IMG/VR virus record: IMGVR_UViG_3300028706_000553 | DNA from: a virus | DNA length: 64,000 nt | Reading direction: 5' to 3' (one strand) | Part shown: piece after piece, positions 9,164 to 18,208 of the stretch | Layout: every line of letters begins with the position of its first letter | Numbering within the stretch: the first letter of the stretch is position 1 | Notes under the pieces: generated by a model | Told to the model about the DNA's origin: nothing | What the model saw: only the letters and a program-made list of their open reading frames with translations | Databases searched by the model: none | Position numbers and translations under genes: made by a program

Positions 9164-9266
9164 ATATTTTTTGGATGTCTGAGGAAAACCCTTCGCAAGA
9201 GTGAGCGATTCTCAGCATGATTTTAACTGGTGATGAGTCCCATCACGACGCCAGCAAGGAGATTAG
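9160..9266 (+). promoter_or_regulatory. Late-promoter-like ATAAATA followed by a structured ~95-nt leader and AAGGAG RBS
   Basis: ATAAATA 9160-9166; stems CTGAG(9179-83)/CTCAG(9211-15) and GTGATG(9230-35)/CATCAC(9241-46). Confidence 0.5.
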
Positions 9267-9992
9267 ATGGCAGATAAGAAAATAACGGCTTTAACTGCAG
9301 CATCAGAAGCAGCAAGTGAAGACCTTTTACACATAATTGATGATCCTTCAGGATCTCCAGTTAACAAAAAGTTAACTGTTAAATCATTTCTCGCTAATGT
9401 AACACATACAATTACCGGGACTGCACAAGCAACATCAGAGATAATTCATAAAACTCTACACACCGCTAACTTAGCTCCATCGTCTGCTAATGTTTTTAAT
9501 AGTATTGTAACATCTGATGTTACCGTCGATGTTAAAGCAACCGGTTTAGCTCAAGGTAATGTTGCTGTATTAACAGCCTCTTCAGGAACAGCAAAGATCC
9601 ATGATGGAAACGTTGCTTTCACTTCAGAAGTATCAGGCGTTAAAGGTATCCTAGATCTTAATACATTTGACAGTACAGATTCATCTGCAGGTAAGTCATA
9701 TTGTATTATCGCATCACACGCAAATAGTGCCGCGGCACCTAGTGCTTCACCAACTGCTTTTCTTAAGTTTGATGTTGCAAGTTCCTTGACTGGAGCATCA
9801 CAGAATGTTGCTTTTGCTTGGGACGCAGCTCCAACTGGTGGATATGGTGCGTCTGCTGGAGCCAATGTTGGTCCATTTTTGACAACAGGTGCAAATACAT
9901 CTGGTTCTTATACTGCCCCTGCAAATGGTGCTATTAAATGTAACATTTCTGGTGTAACTAAGTATGTTTTACTCTGGGATGGAATTGCTTAA
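9267..9992 (+). CDS. MADK-start virion fibre-like structural protein 2
   Basis: [28 protein letters not shown]; Ala/Ser/Thr/Gly-rich; C-terminal [16 protein letters not shown]. Confidence 0.65.
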   Translation: MADKKITALTAASEAASEDLLHIIDDPSGSPVNKKLTVKSFLANVTHTITGTAQATSEIIHKTLHTANLAPSSANVFNSIVTSDVTVDVKATGLAQGNVAVLTASSGTAKIHDGNVAFTSEVSGVKGILDLNTFDSTDSSAGKSYCIIASHANSAAAPSASPTAFLKFDVASSLTGASQNVAFAWDAAPTGGYGASAGANVGPFLTTGANTSGSYTAPANGAIKCNISGVTKYVLLWDGIA

Positions 9993-10012
9993 TATATAAT
10001 TAATAGAATATT

Positions 10013-10255
10013 ATGACTAAAGAAAATATTGAAAAACAAATTGAGTTTTTACAAAAAGATGTTATATCTGTAAAGCAAAGATTAGAAGCAGTGAGGGGAG
10101 AAGAACAACAACTTGTCTCCACACTGTCTTCACTTCAAGGCGCTATACAGGTTAGTAATCATTATTTAAGTTTGTTTGAAAAATCAAAGGATTCCGATGA
10201 TGCACCAGTAGAAGAGCCATCTGAAGATCCTGTGAAAAAAGAAAAAAAGAAATAG
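10013..10255 (+). CDS. Short coiled-coil protein (possible fibre chaperone)
   Basis: Heptad pattern with LQGAIQV. Confidence 0.6.
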   Translation: MTKENIEKQIEFLQKDVISVKQRLEAVRGEEQQLVSTLSSLQGAIQVSNHYLSLFEKSKDSDDAPVEEPSEDPVKKEKKK

Positions 10256-10259
10256 ACGC

Positions 10260-10652
10260 ATGAATTTTGATGATATTACCGAAAATAATATCGAACTTTT
10301 CTGCATGCACAAATACAATAATCCTCAATGCATAAGTACAGAGGATTATAGTGATGATATGAAAAGATTTAAGTATTTAAAAAGACACTTAAATCATTAT
10401 CTTGCATCAGGTGAATTGAAAGAAAGGTTGATTCTTAACCATTTGATTATGATATATAATCTATTTGACAATGAATCCGGTACGCGAATATTATTTTACA
10501 AAATTGAAGACAATAGTTGGGCAGTATTAAAACCCTTTTTAATTTATTTAAGAAGAATGCCCAAAATAGTTCGTGGCGTAAAAGGTACGGATATTCGAGA
10601 CGGTGATATTCAATTAGATCAACATGTAGTAAAGCAGTTAAGATGCCTATAG
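10260..10652 (+). CDS. Conserved T4-like phage hypothetical protein
   Basis: YNNPQC..DDMKRFKYLKR..GELKERLILNHLI pattern typical of a widespread marine T4-like family. Confidence 0.7.
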   Translation: MNFDDITENNIELFCMHKYNNPQCISTEDYSDDMKRFKYLKRHLNHYLASGELKERLILNHLIMIYNLFDNESGTRILFYKIEDNSWAVLKPFLIYLRRMPKIVRGVKGTDIRDGDIQLDQHVVKQLRCL

Positions 10653-11440
10653 GATTAAAATCAGTATTAACGCAGGGTTCAGATTTATTCTTCCTATTTT
10701 CCTTTTTAAAGCGCCTGGTAACTCCCTTCGAAAAAACTAAAGCATATGCATTAGGTATTGTTGATAAGAATGGTAAAAATCTTATTAAGAAAAGAAATTT
10801 TACCACACAAGATCAACGTGATGCCTATACAATGATGGATACGCTTATTTTCAATTTGAAAAGGCTTCTAGGAAAAGTGCCTGGTGGTAAGTCAAGAATT
10901 GCGACTTATGCTGCTGCCTTGTTATTGCTTAGAGAAGAGAATCAACTAAAGTTATTACAAGATGAAAAGTTTTTAGAGGAAGAGTTTTCCATTCTTTACG
11001 AAGATATGTGTTGTGAATGGCAATTAGATATGAATGATCCTGATCAAACGTTTTTGAAAGAAGTGAAAGAAGAAGCGATTGATGAGAACCTTGTGAATTT
11101 ATTCAAAGATGTTCATAGAAATATGAATAATAAAAAAGCTCAGCATGCAATAGCAACCGCACAAGCAATGGGATTAGATCCAATTAAAATTCAAATGTAT
11201 TTGTTAGCAATTGTACCTGTAATGACAACTTTAGGGGCAAATTATGAACCTGAAGATGAAGTTATAGAAGATGCACCTGCAATGTCAATGGGAGCAGGTG
11301 GTATTGCGGGTAGTGCTGAAGCAGGTGATGATCCACCTGTTAGAAAGAAAAAGAAAAAAGGTGATGCTATGCCAGTCCTAGCCAGGAAAGGTATTAAAGA
11401 GCATCTAAGAATATTCCCATCACAAAATATAACAGTTTAG
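10643..11440 (+). CDS. Conserved T4-like phage hypothetical protein
   Basis: FLKRLVTPFEKTKAYALGIVDKNGK; C-terminal EDAPAMSMGAGGIAG..PPVRKKKKK. Confidence 0.7.
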   Translation: MPIGLKSVLTQGSDLFFLFSFLKRLVTPFEKTKAYALGIVDKNGKNLIKKRNFTTQDQRDAYTMMDTLIFNLKRLLGKVPGGKSRIATYAAALLLLREENQLKLLQDEKFLEEEFSILYEDMCCEWQLDMNDPDQTFLKEVKEEAIDENLVNLFKDVHRNMNNKKAQHAIATAQAMGLDPIKIQMYLLAIVPVMTTLGANYEPEDEVIEDAPAMSMGAGGIAGSAEAGDDPPVRKKKKKGDAMPVLARKGIKEHLRIFPSQNITV

Positions 11441-11450
11441 AAAGGTAATT

Positions 11451-11780
11451 ATGGCAGGAATACAAGAGACAAAAGACGTTTTAGCTTTTGTGTTTTCACT
11501 TGGAAAAGCAACGGCTTCGGCATTGGAAGACGGTGATATTGGTTGGTCAGATGCAATGGATTTTATTGAACCTTTAAAAAAGTTGGGACCAGCTATCGAC
11601 AATATTGAAGACGTTTTAGTTGAACTACAAGACCTAGACGATGCTGAATTCGCAGAATTGGTACAATATGCCAAGGATGAATTTGGATTAGCTGACTTAG
11701 CTGATGATACCGAAGTAATGGTAGAAGAAGCGATCAATGCAGGGGTTGAAATCGTTAAGATTGTAAGAATGTTTAGCTGA
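11451..11780 (+). CDS. Small acidic hypothetical protein
   Basis: 109-aa ORF with AAAGGT RBS-like upstream sequence. Confidence 0.7.
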   Translation: MAGIQETKDVLAFVFSLGKATASALEDGDIGWSDAMDFIEPLKKLGPAIDNIEDVLVELQDLDDAEFAELVQYAKDEFGLADLADDTEVMVEEAINAGVEIVKIVRMFS

Positions 11781-11822
11781 AGACCATCCTCGGCAAAAAC
11801 TGAAGACCATCCTCGGCAAAAA
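11777..11822 (+). repeat. Exact tandem duplication of a 23-bp unit (ctgaagaccatcctcggcaaaaa)
   Basis: Units at 11777-11799 and 11800-11822 read directly. Confidence 0.95.
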
Positions 11823-11848
11823 AGGGAATCAATTGATTCCCTTTTTTT
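11818..11848. terminator. Rho-independent terminator, potentially bidirectional
   Basis: Perfect 30-bp palindrome aaaaaagggaatcaattgattccctttttt (11818-11847) with A and T runs; ends the late block. Confidence 0.85.
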
Positions 11849-11852
11849 ATCC

Positions 11853-11881
11853 TTGAAATTTATTGTTTATTATGTTATAAT
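11853..11881 (+). promoter_or_regulatory. Sigma70-type early promoter for the primase operon
   Basis: TTGAAA (11853-58), 17-bp spacer, TGnTATAAT (extended -10, TATAAT 11876-81). Confidence 0.8.
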
Positions 11882-11917
11882 ATAATCTTTATATTAAACC
11901 CCGCGCCATTGAGAGAT

Positions 11918-12925
11918 ATGAGTCTTTACATAGATCATAAGTATACAAATTTATTATCATCCCGCCTTCAACGTTTTACAAGAAAATCCAGAGAGCTTTA
12001 CAATTTCAGATGCCCATTATGTGGAGATTCATCTAAGAATCAATTTAAAGCTAGAGGTTATCTTTTCAATAAAAAACAACAATTAATATTTAAATGCCAT
12101 AATTGTGGTTCTGGTGGACCTTTAAAAGTATTATTAGATAAAATTGATCCAACATTATCTAAGCAATATTCTTTTGAAAAATATAGAGAAGATGCTGGAG
12201 ATGATACTCATCCAGAGAGAGAAGAAAAAGTACCAGTCTTTAGAAAACCTCAATTTAAAAAAGTAGGATGTCCTAGTCTAGCTGAACTAGGAGCAAATCA
12301 TCCAGCTGTAAAATTTTGTGATGTAAGAATGCTTCCTAAAATTCGTTATCATGATATGTACTTTGCAGATTGTTTTAAAAGTTGGGTTAGTAAATATGAT
12401 GTAGAAATCGCTGCACGATTAAGACCAAATGATCCCAGAATTATTATCCCATTTTTTGATAAAGAAAAAAGGTTAATAGCCGCACAAGGAAGAAGTTTAG
12501 AGGATTCAACTTTAAGATATTTCACTGTTAAGATTGATAAATCTGCCGGTAAACTTTTTGGATTAGATAGAAATGATCCGAAACAATTAACCTATATTGT
12601 TGAGGGTCCTATTGATAGTATGTTTCTTCCTAATGCTTTAGCTATGGCAGGTAGTGACATGGATGATATGGGTCAATTTTATGCTCGGGACGTTACCTTT
12701 GTGTATGATAATGAACGACGAAATAAAGAAATTGTAGACAAAATGCAAAAAACAGTGAAGAAAGGTTTCGCAATTTGCATCTGGCCTGACACAATTAAAG
12801 TCAAAGATATTAATGATATGGTGCTAGATGGAATGGACATCTTAGACATAGTTGATACCATAAATACAAATACCTTTCGTGGCTTACCTGCAAGGGTAAA
12901 ATTGAATCAGTGGAAAAGAATATGA
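11918..12925 (+). CDS. gp61: DNA primase (T4 gp61-like)
   Basis: Zn finger RCPLCGDS..FKCHNCG, TOPRIM IVEGPIDSMF, KDINDM; ATG 11918 after GAGAG (ORF-track TTG at 11909). Confidence 0.92.
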   Translation: MSLYIDHKYTNLLSSRLQRFTRKSRELYNFRCPLCGDSSKNQFKARGYLFNKKQQLIFKCHNCGSGGPLKVLLDKIDPTLSKQYSFEKYREDAGDDTHPEREEKVPVFRKPQFKKVGCPSLAELGANHPAVKFCDVRMLPKIRYHDMYFADCFKSWVSKYDVEIAARLRPNDPRIIIPFFDKEKRLIAAQGRSLEDSTLRYFTVKIDKSAGKLFGLDRNDPKQLTYIVEGPIDSMFLPNALAMAGSDMDDMGQFYARDVTFVYDNERRNKEIVDKMQKTVKKGFAICIWPDTIKVKDINDMVLDGMDILDIVDTINTNTFRGLPARVKLNQWKRI

Positions 12926-13734
12926 GTGAAGAAGTGAAGGTCCATGAATTTGGATTTGTTAAATTATTAGATATAATGGGTGATGATGAAGAAGTAGAAA
13001 ACGCGGCTCGAATAAGTTATGGACAGGGAACACGAAAGACAAGTCAGACAAGAAATCTTATTCGGTATCTGATGAGACATGAACATACATCACCTTTTGA
13101 GATGTGTGAAGTTAAGTTTCATATGAAGTTACCAATTTTTGTAATGAGACAAATAGTTCGGCATAGGACGGCGAACTTAAATGAGTATTCAGGACGATAC
13201 TCGATTATGAGTAATGATTTTTACGTACCTCATGATGATGATATCCAAAAGCAATCAAAACAGAATAACCAAGGTAGGGGGGAAGAAATTGAAGAAAAAG
13301 ATTTAGTTAAATATGAATTTAACAGAATCTACGACAATGCTTCCTGGGCCTACAAAAATTTATTAGATCTTGATTTAGCTCGCGAGTTATCACGTGCAGT
13401 ACTGCCTGTTGGCAATTATACAGAAGTTATCTGGAAAATAGATTTACATAATTTTTTTAAGTTTTGTAAATTGAGAATGGATGGACACGCACAAAAAGAA
13501 GTTAGAGAGTATGCATCTGCCATGTACGGCATGGTAAAACCAAAATTTCCCCTTTGTTGTGAGGCATTTGAAGATTATCAACAAAACGCGGTTTCATTTT
13601 CTCAAAGAGAATTAAACATTATTAGAGATAATTTAAATGGCAGTTGGGTAATGGCAAAGTACGGATTATCAGAGCACGAATCAACAGAATTTTTAGAAAA
13701 GCTCAAAACGATAGAAGGGGAAGAAGAGAAATGA
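12922..13734 (+). CDS. thyX: Flavin-dependent thymidylate synthase
   Basis: HEHTSPFEM, RHRTANLNEYSGRYS ThyX motif; start at ATGA overlap. Confidence 0.93.
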   Translation: MSEEVKVHEFGFVKLLDIMGDDEEVENAARISYGQGTRKTSQTRNLIRYLMRHEHTSPFEMCEVKFHMKLPIFVMRQIVRHRTANLNEYSGRYSIMSNDFYVPHDDDIQKQSKQNNQGRGEEIEEKDLVKYEFNRIYDNASWAYKNLLDLDLARELSRAVLPVGNYTEVIWKIDLHNFFKFCKLRMDGHAQKEVREYASAMYGMVKPKFPLCCEAFEDYQQNAVSFSQRELNIIRDNLNGSWVMAKYGLSEHESTEFLEKLKTIEGEEEK

Positions 13735-15692
13735 ATTTACCTACAGAATACCAGTCCTTTATTCATCTTTCAAGATACGCAAGATGGAGATATGATGAAG
13801 AGAGGCGAGAAACATGGTCAGAAACAGTTGGCCGATATTTTGATTTTTTTAAAGAAGATTTAAAAGAAAAATGTAATTTTGAATTAAGTAAAGAAGAACG
13901 AGAACAGTTAGAAGAAACAGTATTGGCGATGGAAATTATGCCGTCTATGCGATGTATGATGACAGCTGGTGTTCCTTTAAAAAAAGAAAATGTTGCAGGT
14001 TATAATTGCTCATATATTAAATGTGATCAACCCAGAACATTTGATGAAATTATGTACGTTTTAATGAATGGAACTGGAGTTGGCTTTTCTGTTGAAGAAG
14101 AACATACAAAACAGATGCCAATAATTGCTGAAGAATTTTATCCTACAGATACTATTATTGTAGTTGCTGATAGTAAATTAGGATGGTGTAAAGCATATAA
14201 AGAATTAGTTGCTTTATTATATCAAGGTTTAATACCTAAATGGGATATTAGTAAAGTTCGACCTGCTGGAATGCCTTTAAAAACTTTTGGTGGTAGAGCA
14301 AGTGGTCCACAACCTTTAGTTGATTTATTTAACTTTGTAACGGATATATTTAAACTTGCTGCAGGGAGAAAACTCAAACCAGTTGAATGTCATGATATCA
14401 TTTGTAAAACAGCGGAAGTTGTTGTTGTGGGTGGGGTCAGGCGTAGTGCTCTTATTAGTTTGTCTGATCTCAATGATCGTGAAATGCGATTCGCCAAAGC
14501 AGGTGAATGGTGGAAAAACGATGTCCAACGTGCCCTCGCAAATAATTCGGTTAACTATAAGGAAAGACCAGACATCGGTACTTTCATGCGTGAGTGGTTA
14601 TCTCTCTACGATAGTAAATCCGGGGAACGAGGAATCTATAACAGTATGTCGGCCAAAAAACAAGTACAAAAATTAAATGAAAGAGAACAAGATGGAAGTG
14701 GAAATTACATTCGAAGACGAGTACCCAGAGATGACTTCGGCACAAATCCGTGCAGTGAGATCATTTTACGCTCACGAGAATTCTGCAACTTATCTGAGGT
14801 CGTTGTCAGGGGGGCAGACACTAGAGAGCATCTCAAGAACAAAGTTCGCAGTGCGACCATTCTTGGAACATTTCAATCCACACTTACCGACTTCAAATAT
14901 CTTACAAGAGAGTGGAACAGAAACTGCGCAGAGGAACGATTACTGGGAGTCTCACTTACCGGAATCATGGATAATGGGTTAACAAATGGTAAAGCGGGTA
15001 AAAAGAAAACTGGTGAATTATTGGAAGAACTCCGTGATATTGCCATTAAAACAAATGCAGAATGGGCTGATAAACTTGGCATCCCTAGATCGGCCGCCAT
15101 TACGTGTGTTAAGCCTTCGGGGACTGTTTCTCAGTTGGTTGATTCTGCTAGTGGTATTCATGCCCGTCATAATCCTTATTACATCAGAACAGTGCGAGCA
15201 GATAATAAAGATCCTTTGTGTAAGTTTATGATGCAAGCAGGATTTCCTAATGAACCTGATGTAACAAAACCAGAACATACAACAGTATTTTCATTTCCAC
15301 AGAAGAGTCCAAAAGGTGCTATATGTAGAAATGATATGAATGCTTTAGAACAATTGGAACTTTGGAAAATATATCAAGATCATTGGTGTGAACATAAACC
15401 ATCCGTTACAGTTTCTGTTAAAGAACATGAATGGTTGGGTGTAGGTAATTGGGTATGGGATAATTTTGATAATATCAGTGGTATCTCATTTTTACCATTT
15501 AGTGAACATACTTATAAGCAAGCACCATATCAAGATTGCGATAAAAAAGAACATGATGCACTATCAGCGAAAATGCCTAAGGATGTAGATTGGACGACAT
15601 TAGGAGATTATGAGAAAGAAGATCACACTGCTGGAGCACAATCTGCAGCATGTGCAGCTCCTGGTGGTTGCGAAGTGGTTGATTTAATATAG
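13731..15692 (+). CDS. nrdJ: Class II (adenosylcobalamin-dependent) ribonucleotide reductase, monomeric RTPR type
   Basis: SRYARW..RRETW, MPSMR, YNCSY, GGVRRSA, GTNPCSEI, TCVKPSGT, C-terminal ACAAPGGC; no nrdB alongside. Confidence 0.9.
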   Translation: MNLPTEYQSFIHLSRYARWRYDEERRETWSETVGRYFDFFKEDLKEKCNFELSKEEREQLEETVLAMEIMPSMRCMMTAGVPLKKENVAGYNCSYIKCDQPRTFDEIMYVLMNGTGVGFSVEEEHTKQMPIIAEEFYPTDTIIVVADSKLGWCKAYKELVALLYQGLIPKWDISKVRPAGMPLKTFGGRASGPQPLVDLFNFVTDIFKLAAGRKLKPVECHDIICKTAEVVVVGGVRRSALISLSDLNDREMRFAKAGEWWKNDVQRALANNSVNYKERPDIGTFMREWLSLYDSKSGERGIYNSMSAKKQVQKLNEREQDGSGNYIRRRVPRDDFGTNPCSEIILRSREFCNLSEVVVRGADTREHLKNKVRSATILGTFQSTLTDFKYLTREWNRNCAEERLLGVSLTGIMDNGLTNGKAGKKKTGELLEELRDIAIKTNAEWADKLGIPRSAAITCVKPSGTVSQLVDSASGIHARHNPYYIRTVRADNKDPLCKFMMQAGFPNEPDVTKPEHTTVFSFPQKSPKGAICRNDMNALEQLELWKIYQDHWCEHKPSVTVSVKEHEWLGVGNWVWDNFDNISGISFLPFSEHTYKQAPYQDCDKKEHDALSAKMPKDVDWTTLGDYEKEDHTAGAQSAACAAPGGCEVVDLI

Positions 15693-15703
15693 AAATTTTT
15701 TAC

Positions 15704-15732
15704 TTGATTTTTAAATAACTTTGCCGTATAAT
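15704..15732 (+). promoter_or_regulatory. Sigma70-type early promoter
   Basis: TTGATT (15704-09), 17-bp spacer, TATAAT (15727-32) in the intergenic gap before 15743. Confidence 0.75.
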
Positions 15733-15742
15733 AAAGGGTAAT

Positions 15743-15946
15743 ATGAAAACAGACTTCGAAAAATATGTTGAGGATTGTATGAGCGTTATAAAGGTTTATA
15801 CTGATTCTTTAGATGAACGTACACTTTCGCAGATCTGGAAATCAATCGAGAATTCTTCAGCTGGATCCGGAAAGGTTTGGTTGGAGGATGTTCTCGATAA
15901 AACGTATAGGGAAAGAAACCCGGATACAAATTTTATTTATGATTGA
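15743..15946 (+). CDS. Small hypothetical early protein
   Basis: 67-aa ORF directly behind a promoter, AAGGG RBS. Confidence 0.65.
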   Translation: MKTDFEKYVEDCMSVIKVYTDSLDERTLSQIWKSIENSSAGSGKVWLEDVLDKTYRERNPDTNFIYD

Positions 15947-16413
15947 AGATGATAGTTTTTATAGATATGGATGGTGTTATAGCAGATTTTGATGGCGCCA
16001 TTATTAAACAGTTTGAAAGTAAAAAAATATGGGATAATAGATGGAGTGAAGTTGATCCTGAATTATTCCTCAAGTTAGAAAAAATGCCTGATGCAGATCA
16101 ATTAGTTGATTATGTTCGTGGAATGTTTGATATTCACTTATTGTCAGCTATTCCTAAAAAAGGCAGATTTGAAAAATCAAGGGTTCAAAAATATCAATGG
16201 GCCTTTAACCATTATAAAATATATCCCTCTAAAATACATGTTGTTTACAGAGAAGAAAAGCAGTATTTTGCTGCTGAGGAGAATCTCTCTCCTAATCTCT
16301 TAATAGATGATCATGAAGGTAACATAACCGAATGGAGGGCTAAAGGTGGAATTGCAATTCATCATACTTCATCAGAAAATAGTATAAAAGAATTGCAACA
16401 GTTAGGATTTTAA
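15943..16413 (+). CDS. HAD-superfamily 5'(3')-deoxyribonucleotidase (NT5C-like)
   Basis: IVFIDMDGVIADF (DxD motif I), LLSA, LLIDD. Confidence 0.8.
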   Translation: MKMIVFIDMDGVIADFDGAIIKQFESKKIWDNRWSEVDPELFLKLEKMPDADQLVDYVRGMFDIHLLSAIPKKGRFEKSRVQKYQWAFNHYKIYPSKIHVVYREEKQYFAAEENLSPNLLIDDHEGNITEWRAKGGIAIHHTSSENSIKELQQLGF

Positions 16414-16953
16414 TTGATATGTGCAGGTATTGATTATTCAATGAATAGTCCCGCAGTGTGCATCTATAAAGAAGATGGAATACTTAATCCCAGTAATTGT
16501 TCTTATCATTTTTTTGGTTTGGATAAGTGGAGGCCTCGGTGGTCCGCCCTTCAAAATGTGAATTGTTATAAATTCCCAAAAGATTTAAAAGATCTAGATA
16601 AGTATATGTTTTTGGCAGAATGGACCATAGAGACACTCCGCCACTATAATTATAGAGCGTCCAAAGTTGTTTTGGAAGATTATTCATTTGGATCTACAGG
16701 CAGAGTTTTTCACATTGCGGAAAATGTTGGGATATTAAAATATACATTAAAAAAGAACGGTTTCCGCTATGAAATCGTTCCTCCAACAGTTCTTAAAAAG
16801 TTTGCTACAGGTAAGGGAAATTCTAATAAAGAAGCAATGTTAGAAGCATGGAAAACAGAACCGGACACTTTTGATTTAGTTCAAGAGACTGGTAACCCGG
16901 CTAGTGATATTGTTGATTCCTACTTCCTTTGTAAATATGGAGTTAATCAGTGA
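16414..16953 (+). CDS. RuvC-like (RNase H fold) nuclease/resolvase
   Basis: GIDYSMNSPAV, VVLEDYSFG, VPPTVLKKFATGKGN, DIVDSY. Confidence 0.7.
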   Translation: MICAGIDYSMNSPAVCIYKEDGILNPSNCSYHFFGLDKWRPRWSALQNVNCYKFPKDLKDLDKYMFLAEWTIETLRHYNYRASKVVLEDYSFGSTGRVFHIAENVGILKYTLKKNGFRYEIVPPTVLKKFATGKGNSNKEAMLEAWKTEPDTFDLVQETGNPASDIVDSYFLCKYGVNQ

Positions 16954-17329
16954 ATATATTTACGTCTCGAGTATGTTCTGTAATTTTCTCGATTTGCTTT
17001 TCTAGTATCTCTCGCCTATTTGGCCAATATATGTATTCGTTGGTTGAAGACTTTGCCAAATTGTTCAACAGAGGAACAATCATATCTTCAACTGTTTTCA
17101 TTTTTATTTCATACTCTTTGTTTAATTTGTCTTTATGTTTATCAATATCTTCATAATGATAATCCAACAAACTCCATATTTTATTCACTGTACCTTCAAC
17201 TTCTTTTATTTGTCCAGCTTTAGCTTCTGCAACAGCAGCTTCTACTACTTTTGTTTCCGGTTCTTTAGCTGTGGCAGTAAAATCTGTTTCACTTACCGTA
17301 CTAAAACCAAAATCATTTAATTCGTCCAT
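16943..17329 (-). CDS. Conserved T4-like hypothetical protein; only credible minus-strand gene in the window
   Basis: MDELNDFGFSTV..NLAKSSTNEYIYWPNR; GAGG RBS (plus-strand 17336-39) and CTAAATA late-like motif (plus-strand 17361-67) upstream; fills the + strand gap. Confidence 0.75.
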   Translation of the reverse strand: MDELNDFGFSTVSETDFTATAKEPETKVVEAAVAEAKAGQIKEVEGTVNKIWSLLDYHYEDIDKHKDKLNKEYEIKMKTVEDMIVPLLNNLAKSSTNEYIYWPNRREILEKQIEKITEHTRDVNIFTD

Positions 17330-18208
17330 ATGTACCCTCAAGATTTAAAATTTACTAATATATTTAGGACAGACGAGACTAACATAGGTGACTGGTATAG
17401 TTCACCTGCTAGGTACTTTGATCTACCGGGTAATTCAAAAGATATCTGGAAATTAGACCATGGATATGAACCAGAGTATGAAAATGTCATTTATGGAGGT
17501 GGTGGACTCATAGGACAAATGAGACCTATGGGACATACTATAACAAATCAGAAAAATGGCAATTATAAAGTATTTGGATGGGGATTAGGAGAACACATTT
17601 ATGTTAGTATGGATGAACAAACACAATCTATACCTCCAATAGATATATCATATCCTTTTTATATTAGAAAATTTGATCTATTAGGTATTAGGGATTGGTA
17701 TCCTGGAATATATACTGCAGTACCCTCAGCTAGATGGGTTCCGTGTGCGAGTTGTATGCATGAAGCCTTTGATAAAGAATATGAAGTAAAAAATGATATT
17801 GTTTTCTTTACACATCAATCATTACCAATGTTTGTTATTCATATGATGCCTAAACAAACATGGGACTATCCACATATGAATAATGATAATAAACAAACAT
17901 TTGAAGAAGTAATAGAATTTCTCGGAAGTGCAGATGTAGTTGTCACAAATTCATATCACGGTGCTTATTGGGCAACACTATTAGGAAAAGTTGTGGTTGC
18001 ATTTCCATGGGCTTCTAAATTTCATGGATTGAAACATAAACCACTTCTTTGTCCGGCCCCTGATTGGTGGAAGACTTTAAACAATTCAGAACAACACCAG
18101 TATAACCACGCGCTTGAGGAATGTAGACAAGCAAATAGAGATTTTCATAAAGAAATGATAAATTATATTTTAAATGTACCACAAACATTAAAATTCGAGA
18201 CAACATGA
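17330..18208 (+). CDS. Polysaccharide pyruvyl-transferase-like / GT-B fold protein
   Basis: NIGDW..P, IYGGGGL, ADVVVTNSYHGAYWATLLGK. Confidence 0.65.
   Translation: MYPQDLKFTNIFRTDETNIGDWYSSPARYFDLPGNSKDIWKLDHGYEPEYENVIYGGGGLIGQMRPMGHTITNQKNGNYKVFGWGLGEHIYVSMDEQTQSIPPIDISYPFYIRKFDLLGIRDWYPGIYTAVPSARWVPCASCMHEAFDKEYEVKNDIVFFTHQSLPMFVIHMMPKQTWDYPHMNNDNKQTFEEVIEFLGSADVVVTNSYHGAYWATLLGKVVVAFPWASKFHGLKHKPLLCPAPDWWKTLNNSEQHQYNHALEECRQANRDFHKEMINYILNVPQTLKFETT

Noticed and set aside
9227-9250. TGATGAGTCC resembles part of a hammerhead ribozyme core
   Set aside because: The required CUGAUGA and downstream GAAA/UH elements are not present in the right arrangement.
11777-11822. Possible mini-CRISPR array
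   Set aside because: The two units abut with no spacer, and no cas genes are present.
14325-15278. Cluster of 67-106 aa overlapping ORFs inside nrdJ
   Set aside because: Explained by the locally higher GC (fewer stop codons); the GC patch itself is reported as a finding.
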